Source: an uncultured Gammaproteobacteria bacterium (GTDB lineage Bacteria > Pseudomonadota > Gammaproteobacteria > JAKDMP01). From it: a stretch of DNA of 33,145 bases. Under the pieces are notes generated by a model. That model had not been told where the DNA came from, searched no databases, and worked only from the letters and a program-made list of their open reading frames with translations. Each line of letters begins with the position of its first letter. Positions within the stretch are counted from its first letter, which is position 1. Where the stretch lies: assembly GCA_964554305.1 (NCBI GenBank), contig CAZKOE010000004.1, positions 1 through 33,145 of the forward strand. The letters are read 5' to 3'. Shown in pieces: positions 22,419 through 30,255 of the stretch. The position numbers were made by a program, and so were the translations under genes.

Positions 22419-22530
22419 GCTTGACCGGGGTCGGGCTTATTACTACCTCCGCCTGCACCACTTCCGTGGGGGCGAATTCTGGCCGGGGCCTCCGCGTCGC
22501 CCGTTCATCACGGCGACGCGGATTTCAAGC
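22419..22530 (-). ncRNA. Structured 5'-leader RNA motif, copy B
   Basis: GCTTGAAA-TCCGCGTCGCC/GGCGACGCGGA-GGCCCCGGCCAGAA-TTCGCC..CCAC(GGAA)GTGG..GGCGGA-GGTAGTAATAAGCCCGACCCCGGTCAAGC. Confidence 0.78.
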
Positions 22531-22539
22531 TTGGGAAAG

Positions 22540-22568
22540 AGTGTAGGCCAGGTCTCTGGAAAAGTCAA
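22540..22568 (-). promoter_or_regulatory. Sigma70-like promoter upstream of motif B
   Basis: TTGACT-17 nt-TACACT. Confidence 0.72.
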
Positions 22569-22701
22569 GCCAAGGCTGGTTGCCGGCAAGCAACACAGAG
22601 AGAGGGGCCCCGCTCCATCAGGTGGAGCGGAGACCCAGCTTACAAGGAAAGCGCCTGGGGCACGGCATTACGTGCTCAACGGAGAGCCCTCCGAGGGAAG
22701 A

Positions 22702-22917
22702 TTACTTTTCGCGTTTGCCGCGGCGGCGTCGGACGACCGAACGAACCCACGGCACGCCCGCCGCAACGGCGCCGATACCCGCGAGAATCCAGGTCGGATT
22801 CTCCGGCGAGTCCACGCAGCCGCCTATGGAGGCAAATGCCGGAGTCACCGCGAACAGGCTCAAGCCCGCCGCGGTCACGCCCGCACCGAGCACCGCAAAC
22901 ATCAGTCGTTTCGTCAT
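22702..22917 (-). CDS. PExPT-CTERM small protein, copy 2
   Basis: Signal peptide + IGGCVDSPENPT; the TM and basic run WILAGIGAVAAGVPWVRSVVRRRR are identical to copy 1. Confidence 0.88.
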   Translation of the reverse strand: MTKRLMFAVLGAGVTAAGLSLFAVTPAFASIGGCVDSPENPTWILAGIGAVAAGVPWVRSVVRRRRGKREK

Positions 22918-22994
22918 GACCTCATACTCCTACTCCAGAGATATTCTGGGTAATTTTCCGCTACGGCTCCCGGTCCTGGCCGCGAGCCCTCGTT

Positions 22995-23023
22995 ACTTTA
23001 CCTTGCCTCTTCGCAAAAAACAA
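22995..23023 (-). promoter_or_regulatory. Possible sigma70-like promoter of PExPT copy 2
   Basis: TTGTTT-17 nt-TAAAGT, with the same GCTTG -35 context as the other island promoters. Confidence 0.5.
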
Positions 23024-23136
23024 GCAGAAGCCCCCCGCGTGACTACCGTTCACCCGAACCCGCCGCACATCCTCCCTTCTCGGTGCAAAAGCGAAGAAAA
23101 GGCGGCGGCGGACACGGGACGAACGTATAGCTCATA

Positions 23137-25056
23137 TCACGGCGTGAAACCATTCACTAGGGCGCTGGCAATCGGCGTGACCGTGGGTGCGGCGATACCG
23201 ATAAACTCGGTGACCGAGTTGGGAGAGCCCTCGTTGGCTACCCAGAGATTACCGCTCGAATCCACGGCGAGTCCCTGTGGGCTGTTCAGCCCGCCGCCAT
23301 CGTAGCTGCCGAGCAGCCCGCCGGTCTGTGTGAACAGGCTGACCGCATTGCCACTCGAATTCGATGCCCAGGCTTCGCCGGCGGCATCCACGGCGATCCC
23401 GTCCTTGGTGCCCGTACCGGTACCGCTCAGGGTCCAGTGGCCGATCGCGGTGCCGGATGAAGTAAATGCGCTCACCGAACCGTCGCCATTCGCAACCCAG
23501 AGATTGTTGGCCGAATCCACGGCGAGTGCCTGAAGGCTGCCGAGACCATTGCCCGACGCGGTCGCCGTTTGGCTGCTGCCGTTGAATTGCACGGCTTCGC
23601 TGCCATCGGCCACCCAAACGTTGTCGTCGGCATCCATGGCGATGGCACGGGGGTCACTCGAAAGCAATCCCTGCAGACTGAGGCTGGTGAGCTGTGTCCC
23701 CGCCGTGCTGAAGGAGGCGAGCGTCGGAAGAAGAAGACTCAGAAGCCCGGAACTGGGCAGCCATACATTCCCCGCCGGACCGACGGCGATGCCTTGCGGA
23801 TTACCGATCTTGAGGAGAATCCCGATTAGCCCCCCCGTGTAAGTGCCAATGTAGCCGCCATCGTTGCTAAACTTGCTGATGGAGCCGCCAAGCAATCCAA
23901 GTACGTCCGCTTTGCTGGTAACCCAGACATCGCCATTCAAGTCCACGGCGATGTCGTGGATGCCGTTAAGGTTGCTGTCGGTGAAATTGCCCAGGGCCGT
24001 GCCATCGTTGCCGAACTTGCTGATGGTATCGTCGGTCGTGTTTGTCAACCATACATTGCCACTGGCGTCGATTGCAAGTCCGGCCGGATTGTTCAGCCCG
24101 TTATCCGTGTAGTTGAGGGCGACGATCCAGGCGTTGGGCGCGGCATCGAGGCCGGGGTTGTAGATCTTCGTCAGCGGGTTGAGCGCAAACAGTGCCGTCC
24201 CCGCACCGCGCACCCCCGGGTCGGTCACCACGTTGTAGAGCGCCTGGAACACATTGCCCGGCACGCTCCCCCCGCTCGTCGTGGTCGCATTGAAAAAACC
24301 CGTGCACGCACCCACGCCCGCGCTCGGACTGTTCACGCAGGTCGCCACTATGTTGGCCAATGTATTGAGTGTCTCCAGCGCCATGCAGTTCACCGGCTCT
24401 CCGCTGCCCGTGCAGGCACTGCCATCATTCGTGCCGGGCACCCGGTCCGTACCGTTCGCGGGATTGACCAGATTGGCAAACGTATTCACCGCATTTGTCA
24501 GGCCCGCCACGGCATTAGTGTCGTTACCCTGCACCGCCACGTTCACCGACGTACCGGTAATGCTCGTGAACCCGCCCATGCTGTAAACCATGGCCGTGGT
24601 CGCCAACTCGTTGACGTTGACGTTGCTCAGATTGGTGCAGCCGTAGTCCTCACAGACCCCCGCCACGGTCCCCATCAGGATCGCTGTGTTGGAACTGCCG
24701 CTGCCTGAACCGTCACCACCGGCCGCCGTGACGTAGACGATCGCTCCCGTCCCCGGCACCGGCGAAAAGCTGGCCACGGTGAAATTGCCACGCGCGTCGG
24801 TCGTGGCCGTGGCGATCACCGGAGCCGGCGTGCCGCCCGTCCCGGCCATGTATACCGTAATCGCCGAACCCACAACCGGTTGACGACCACCGAAGACCGT
24901 GCCCGAAAGCGCCGCACCCCGCGCACCCGGCATCGCCGAAGCACTGGAACTGCTGGAGGAGTTGGCCGGACAACCCGCCAGCAAGGCGAGCCCGGCTACC
25001 AACACGGCGCCGAAAAGTACGGTGGAAACAAACGAAAATTTGTGCTCACTATTCAT
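23137..25056 (-). CDS. Lipoprotein: shared N-domain + NHL-like propeller (close paralog of 20266..22260)
   Basis: Start at ATG 25056 after GGAGG; LAGC; N-terminal half nearly identical to the 20266 gene; ends EFIGIAAPTVTP...GFTP. Confidence 0.88.
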   Translation of the reverse strand: MNSEHKFSFVSTVLFGAVLVAGLALLAGCPANSSSSSSASAMPGARGAALSGTVFGGRQPVVGSAITVYMAGTGGTPAPVIATATTDARGNFTVASFSPVPGTGAIVYVTAAGGDGSGSGSSNTAILMGTVAGVCEDYGCTNLSNVNVNELATTAMVYSMGGFTSITGTSVNVAVQGNDTNAVAGLTNAVNTFANLVNPANGTDRVPGTNDGSACTGSGEPVNCMALETLNTLANIVATCVNSPSAGVGACTGFFNATTTSGGSVPGNVFQALYNVVTDPGVRGAGTALFALNPLTKIYNPGLDAAPNAWIVALNYTDNGLNNPAGLAIDASGNVWLTNTTDDTISKFGNDGTALGNFTDSNLNGIHDIAVDLNGDVWVTSKADVLGLLGGSISKFSNDGGYIGTYTGGLIGILLKIGNPQGIAVGPAGNVWLPSSGLLSLLLPTLASFSTAGTQLTSLSLQGLLSSDPRAIAMDADDNVWVADGSEAVQFNGSSQTATASGNGLGSLQALAVDSANNLWVANGDGSVSAFTSSGTAIGHWTLSGTGTGTKDGIAVDAAGEAWASNSSGNAVSLFTQTGGLLGSYDGGGLNSPQGLAVDSSGNLWVANEGSPNSVTEFIGIAAPTVTPIASALVNGFTP

Positions 25057-25185
25057 AATGTCAACCTCCATGCCTCAATCAATTCCCGCGCGATCGAGAA
25101 CGACCGTCGACGGCCAAATACCCCCATCTCGCCTGCCTGGCAAGACGAGAGGCTACTTGATTGCAGTCTAGACGGAAATGAAAAA

Positions 25186-25230
25186 ATGAGGTAATCAAGA
25201 CGTCTCATGAGGATCATCCCGACGTCTCAT
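25186..25230 (-). promoter_or_regulatory. Tandem operator-like repeats, candidate AraC-family binding sites
   Basis: ATGAGACGTC twice with a 22-bp period (25199-25208, 25221-25230), each followed by CCTCAT; possible -10 TAGACT at 25165-25170 with a poor -35. Confidence 0.55.
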
Positions 25231-25297
25231 TCACGCGGTCCTGTCATCGGCACGAACCGGAAAACCCGGCACGGGCCCTGCCCCCGCCGATCTCGGT

Positions 25298-26167
25298 TTA
25301 TTGGATCGCGAGACTCCGCGCCTCGGAAGGCGTCATGTGATAGCGTGCGCGAAAACTGCGGCTCAGATTGGGACTGTCGTACAGTCCGCAGCTCGCCGCC
25401 AGTTCACCAATCGCCGCATCGGAGGAAGCCGTTTCCAGTAACAAACGCAGCCGGTCCAGACGTTCGTTGCGAATGTAGTTCGCAACGGTCAACCCGTGCT
25501 CGGAAAAGACCCGATACAGCGTCGCGCGCGAACAGCCGAGTGTGCGTGCGATCCAGGCGGAACCGAGATCGGGGTCGGCGAGATTGCTCTCGATGCAGTA
25601 GCAGGCTTGAATAAAAAAATCCTCACGATGAGTCCGCCCGCTCCGCGGTACAACCTCCGTCCAGGCGTCACCCATGGCGGAAAGCGCCGCTCTCACGACG
25701 CCGGTTGCGACCGCCTCGACAGCCAGCAACGAGGCGGCCCTTTCCCCCTCGTCTAGGTTGTCGAAGACGGTGTGAAGCGCTTCCAGTTCATCGCGGAGCA
25801 TCGCCGTCAGGGTGCCGGCGTGGATTGCCTTCGATGCCGCGCCGGCGGACAGCGGAGTCACCGATTCGGGTAAAAACAATCGCCGCGGCAAAATCATTTC
25901 GATAATTTTCGCGGCATCGGAGGCAATCCGGGCAGGAATCGCCCTGTCGCACAGATAGAAATCCTGCGGTCGGACACGGAAGGGTTCGCCACCCAGTTGT
26001 TGGTAGGTGATGCTTCCGCACTTGACATAATTGAGGGCAAGCTTTTTTTCATCGGCACCCGCGAAGGAAAACATCCGGAGGACGTGACCGGATTCCGGCG
26101 TAGACCCTGCCAAACAGCTTTCCGACTTGAAACCCGGCTTCTTCTGTTTTGTACCCTGTCTGTACAT
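25298..26167 (-). CDS. AraC-family transcriptional regulator
   Basis: C-terminal double HTH: IARTLGCSRATLYRVF...IRNERL...IGELAASCGLYDSPNLSRSFRARYHMTP. Confidence 0.9.
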   Translation of the reverse strand: MYRQGTKQKKPGFKSESCLAGSTPESGHVLRMFSFAGADEKKLALNYVKCGSITYQQLGGEPFRVRPQDFYLCDRAIPARIASDAAKIIEMILPRRLFLPESVTPLSAGAASKAIHAGTLTAMLRDELEALHTVFDNLDEGERAASLLAVEAVATGVVRAALSAMGDAWTEVVPRSGRTHREDFFIQACYCIESNLADPDLGSAWIARTLGCSRATLYRVFSEHGLTVANYIRNERLDRLRLLLETASSDAAIGELAASCGLYDSPNLSRSFRARYHMTPSEARSLAIQ

Positions 26168-26236
26168 GTTACCGCCACCCTGTCGGACCCGGACGGACGG
26201 TTGCCACGACCAAGCCTCCCCACGGGAACTTGGCTG

Positions 26237-26350
26237 GCTTGACCGGGGCCGGGCTTATAGCTACCTCCGCTTGCCCGCATGAAGCAGGTGCGAATTCTGA
26301 CCGGTATATCCATACTGAACCCTTCACTACAGGCAGTACGGATCTCAAGC
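26237..26350 (-). ncRNA. Structured 5'-leader RNA motif, copy C
   Basis: GCTTGAGA-TCCGTACTG/CAGTATGGA-TATACCGGTCAGAA-TTCGC..CCTGC/GCGGG..GCGGA-GGTAGCTATAAGCCCGGCCCCGGTCAAGC. Confidence 0.75.
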
Positions 26351-26358
26351 TCATTGAC

Positions 26359-26387
26359 AATATAGGCCAATCTTGCCAAAAAATCAA
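26359..26387 (-). promoter_or_regulatory. Sigma70-like promoter upstream of motif C / araC-like gene
   Basis: TTGATT-17 nt-TATATT. Confidence 0.72.
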
Positions 26388-26500
26388 GCCTTAAAGCCAA
26401 ACATTTTTCGGACCTCACGCCCATGATCCGTCAGACTCCGCGTCATTCAGCCCGGGCACGACAGCAACCGATCCGGCGTGACTCCTAAAATAGGCGTGCA

Positions 26501-29500
26501 ATGACAAATGCATCCTCCCCTCTGATCGGCTCTCTGCCCGCACCGGCCGAGAATGAAACCGTGTCCTGGCCGTCGCTTGGCGGCGCGGCACTCGCACTTG
26601 CGCTGGCCGAGGCGGCCGTGCAGGCACCCGGACCGGTAGTCGTGCTTGCGCCCGACGCGCATGCAAGCGATTCGATCGCCGCCGCGATCGGTTTTTTTGC
26701 CGCCGAAGGCACGCCCCTCCTCATCCTGCCCGAACGGGAGATGCTGCCGTACGACATCGTCTCTCCCGCCCGCGCCATCGTCTCCGAACGGCTGCGCGCA
26801 CTGGCAAGCCTGCCGGTTCTCGCCCGTGGCATCGTGTTCGCAACCGCCGACCTCGCACTCGAGCGTCTGCCTCCGCACGACTGGCTCGCCGGCGCGAGCT
26901 TCGACCACGCGGTCGGGCAACGACTCGACCCCGAGGTCTTCCGCCACGAACTCGTCGCGGCGGGTTACGCGACTGTCGGCGAGGTTCGCGAACCGGGCGA
27001 GTTCGCACCGCGTGGCGGGCTGATGGACGTCTTTCCCACCGGTGCAGATGCTCCCGTGCGCATGGAGCTGCTCGACAAGGAGATCGAGAGCCTGCGTTAC
27101 TTCGACCCGGATACCCAGCTTTCCGGGGAAAAGATCGAATGCATTCGCCTTTTGCCGGCCCACGAATTCCCCTTCGGCGACGAAAGCATCAAACACTTTC
27201 GCGGCGCCTGGCGCTCGCGTCTCGCGGGCGATCCGATGGCAAGCGATGTCTACCGCGCGATCAGCGAAGGGCGAATCCCGGCGGGCATCGAAGGCTGGTT
27301 GCCGCTGTTCTTCGGAGCCACTGCCGGCTTCGCCGATTACCTGCCTCCGAGCGCGACACTCGTCATGCAGCCCGGCTTTGATCGGGCGCTGCACAACGCC
27401 TACGGAGACGTCGAAAACCGCTACGAAGCACTGCGCCACGACATTGCCCGCCCGCTCCTGCCCCCGGACGAGGCTTTCTTCACGCCTGGTGCCGTGCGCG
27501 ATTCGCTCGCCGGGTATGCTCGCATCCAGATCGGAGCTACCCCAACTTCCCCTGCTCGCTTGAAGGGAGAGTTCATTCCATTTTCTCCCTCTCCCTCAAA
27601 GAGAGAGGGTCGGGGTGAGGGTGAAAAACACCAGGCGCCGCTTCGCGGCCCCTCCCCTCACCCCAACACTCTCCCCGCGAAGCGGGGCGAGGAAGAAGAA
27701 GATGTTGACCCTCTTACGCAAGGGGAGAGGAAGCAGGAAGTTGACGACTCCGGCGTAAATGCGCTTCCCGATCTGAGCCTCGATCCCAAGGCCGACGAAT
27801 CGCTCGCGGGTTTCATCTCCTTTGCCGAAACGACCCCTTCATTGCTTCTCGCGGCGGAATCGCCCGGACGGCGCGAGACGGTTCGCGAATTGCTCGCACG
27901 GCGAGGGCTGGAGCCGGCATTGATTGAAAGCTGGCAGGCGTTTTGCGAACGGCGCCCACCGCTTGCCCTCGCCGTGGCCGAACTCGGCGACGGCTTTTCC
28001 CTGCCCGACGCCGGCATTGCCGTAGTCCCCGATGCCGCCGTTTTCGGCGCGAGGGCAACGAGCCGGCGCCGGCGGCGACGTGCCGCGCGCGATCCCGCGA
28101 CCATCATCCACGATCTCACCGATCTGCGCGAGGGTTCGCCCGTCGTGCACCAGGATCACGGCGTCGGGCGGTTCCGCGGACTCGTCACTCGCGAGGTGGA
28201 CGGCAACGCCATCGAGTTCGTGCTGCTCGAATACGCCGGAGGCGACAAGCTCTACGTGCCGATCGCCTCGCTCGACCGACTCTCGCGCTACCTCGGCGCG
28301 GATGCCGACCACGCTCCGCTCACCCGGCTCGGAAGCGGCCAGTGGGATCGGGCGCGGCGGCGCGCCGCCGAGAAGGCGCGCGATACCGCCGCGGAACTGC
28401 TCGAGGTCTATGCCCGCCGCGCCGCGCGTCCCGGCACGACCGTTCGCTGCGACCCGGCGGAGCTCGAACGCTTCGTCCAGGCCTTCCCTTTCGACGAAAC
28501 GCCCGACCAGACGCGCGCCATCGCCGAAGTCGTGGACGATCTCGCAAGCACGCGGCCAATGGACCGGCTGGTCTGCGGCGACGTCGGCTTCGGCAAGACC
28601 GAAGTGGCACTGCGCGCCGCCTTCATCGCCGTCGAGGCGGGCTACCAGGTGGCCGTGCTGGTGCCGACGACGCTGCTGGCCGACCAGCATTACCGCGGCT
28701 TCACCGACCGCTTCGCCGACTGGCCCGTGCGGGTGGAACTGCTCTCGCGCTTCCGCGGCGCGAAGCAGCAATCCGAAGCCCGCGAAGCCCTCGCCGACGG
28801 GCGCGTGGACATCGTGATCGGCACCCACGCGCTTCTCAACCGCGCCGTCAGGTTCAAGCGACTCGGACTCGTCATCGTGGACGAAGAACACCGTTTCGGC
28901 GTGCGCCACAAAGAGCGTCTGCGGGCATTGCGCGCCGAGGTGGACGTGCTCACGCTCACCGCAACGCCGATTCCGCGCACGCTCTCGATGACGCTCGCCG
29001 GCATCCGCGAACTCTCGATTATCGCCACGCCACCCGAGGAGCGCCTGCCGATCAAGACCACCGTCGGCCCGTGGCGAGACGCACAAATCCGCGACGCGCT
29101 GCTGCGCGAACTGCGTCGCGGCGGCCAGGTTTTCGTGGTTCACGATGCCGTGCGCAACATTGGCGAACTCGCCGAACGCATCCACCGGCTGGTACCGGAG
29201 GCCTCGGTGCGCATCGGCCACGGCCAGATGCCGGAACGCGAACTGGAAAACCTGATGGTGGACTTCTACCACCGCCGCTTCGACGTGCTCGTATCCACCA
29301 CGATCGTCGAGAGCGGACTCGACATTCCAAGCGCCAACACCATCCTGATTCACCATGCACACCGCTTCGGCCTCGCACAACTGCATCAGCTCCGCGGCCG
29401 CGTCGGGCGCTCGCGCCACCAGGCCTACGCCTACCTCGTCACTCCGCCGCCGGAATTGCTCGGACGCGACGCGCGCGCGCGGCTCGATGCGATAGAAAGT

Positions 29501-30154
29501 ATGGAAGATCTCGGCGCGGGATTCTTTCTCGCAACGCAGGACATGGAAATCCGCGGCGCCGGCGCGCTCCTGGGCGAGGATCAGAGCGGCCAGATCGAGG
29601 AGGTCGGGCTCGAACTCTACAACCGCCTGCTTGCGCGCGCCGTCAAGACACTCAAGGCGGGCGGCGAAGTCAACGCCGAGACCGAACTCGACGCCGGTTG
29701 CGAAATCGACCTGGGCGAGCCGGCGCTGCTGCCTGCCGACTACGTGCCGAATGTGCACCTGCGCCTCGTGCTTTACAAGCGCATCGCAAACGCCGCCGAC
29801 GAAGACGCACTGGAAGCGCTCGAAACCGAAATCGCAAACCGCTTCGGCGCCCTGCCGGAAGCCGCCCGCCGCCTGTTCGACATCACGCGCATCAAACGGC
29901 ATGCCCAAGCGCTCGGCATCGAACGCATCCACGCCAATGTTTCGGGCGCGCGCTTCGACTTCGGTCCCGAACCACGGATTGATGCGGCGGCCCTGGTACG
30001 TATGGTCCAGAACGACCCGAAAACCTATCGTCTGCAAGGCGAAAAACGCCTTACGCTCAGAAGCGAACTACCCGACTTCGCCCACCGCATTGAAGCGGTC
30101 AGCCGGACATTGACCCTGATCGCCCCCGAAAGGCCGCAGGCAACTCACGAGTAA
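26501..30154 (+). CDS. mfd: Transcription-repair coupling factor
   Basis: PEREMLPYD, RGGLMDVF, VVHQDHGVGRF (RID), CGDVGFGKT, DEEHRFG, QLRGRVGR, TRCF C-terminal domain. Confidence 0.98.
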   Translation: MTNASSPLIGSLPAPAENETVSWPSLGGAALALALAEAAVQAPGPVVVLAPDAHASDSIAAAIGFFAAEGTPLLILPEREMLPYDIVSPARAIVSERLRALASLPVLARGIVFATADLALERLPPHDWLAGASFDHAVGQRLDPEVFRHELVAAGYATVGEVREPGEFAPRGGLMDVFPTGADAPVRMELLDKEIESLRYFDPDTQLSGEKIECIRLLPAHEFPFGDESIKHFRGAWRSRLAGDPMASDVYRAISEGRIPAGIEGWLPLFFGATAGFADYLPPSATLVMQPGFDRALHNAYGDVENRYEALRHDIARPLLPPDEAFFTPGAVRDSLAGYARIQIGATPTSPARLKGEFIPFSPSPSKREGRGEGEKHQAPLRGPSPHPNTLPAKRGEEEEDVDPLTQGERKQEVDDSGVNALPDLSLDPKADESLAGFISFAETTPSLLLAAESPGRRETVRELLARRGLEPALIESWQAFCERRPPLALAVAELGDGFSLPDAGIAVVPDAAVFGARATSRRRRRRAARDPATIIHDLTDLREGSPVVHQDHGVGRFRGLVTREVDGNAIEFVLLEYAGGDKLYVPIASLDRLSRYLGADADHAPLTRLGSGQWDRARRRAAEKARDTAAELLEVYARRAARPGTTVRCDPAELERFVQAFPFDETPDQTRAIAEVVDDLASTRPMDRLVCGDVGFGKTEVALRAAFIAVEAGYQVAVLVPTTLLADQHYRGFTDRFADWPVRVELLSRFRGAKQQSEAREALADGRVDIVIGTHALLNRAVRFKRLGLVIVDEEHRFGVRHKERLRALRAEVDVLTLTATPIPRTLSMTLAGIRELSIIATPPEERLPIKTTVGPWRDAQIRDALLRELRRGGQVFVVHDAVRNIGELAERIHRLVPEASVRIGHGQMPERELENLMVDFYHRRFDVLVSTTIVESGLDIPSANTILIHHAHRFGLAQLHQLRGRVGRSRHQAYAYLVTPPPELLGRDARARLDAIESMEDLGAGFFLATQDMEIRGAGALLGEDQSGQIEEVGLELYNRLLARAVKTLKAGGEVNAETELDAGCEIDLGEPALLPADYVPNVHLRLVLYKRIANAADEDALEALETEIANRFGALPEAARRLFDITRIKRHAQALGIERIHANVSGARFDFGPEPRIDAAALVRMVQNDPKTYRLQGEKRLTLRSELPDFAHRIEAVSRTLTLIAPERPQATHE
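27545..27735. repeat. Palindromic REP-like element inserted in frame in mfd
   Basis: CCCTCTCCCTC-AAA-GAGAGAGGG, GGGGTGAGGG...CCCTCACCCC, CCCCGC-GAA-GCGGGG; translates as PSPSKREGRGEG...PSPHPNTLP. Confidence 0.75.
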
Positions 30155-30255
30155 TCGGCTCGTCGCGATGCGACGGTCTCCGTTGCCGCCTCGATCGGGA
30201 TTCTTCCGGTGCCGTTTCACGAACGGGACGGCGATACCCGGCTGAAACGGGCCTC

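Noticed and set aside
9697-26350. CRISPR array or IS ends explaining the three repeats
   Set aside because: Copies are kilobases apart, have no spacers, cas or transposase genes, and vary internally in a structure-preserving way.
26169-26387. 72-aa ORF over motif C (and small ORFs 9572..9772, 9588..9803) as leader peptides
   Set aside because: The 72-aa ORF starts within the -35 box, and reading frames are not conserved among the three motif copies.
26486-26503. Near-leaderless mfd transcript (TAAAAT 9 nt before the ATG)
   Set aside because: A single hexamer with no convincing -35 is too weak to call.
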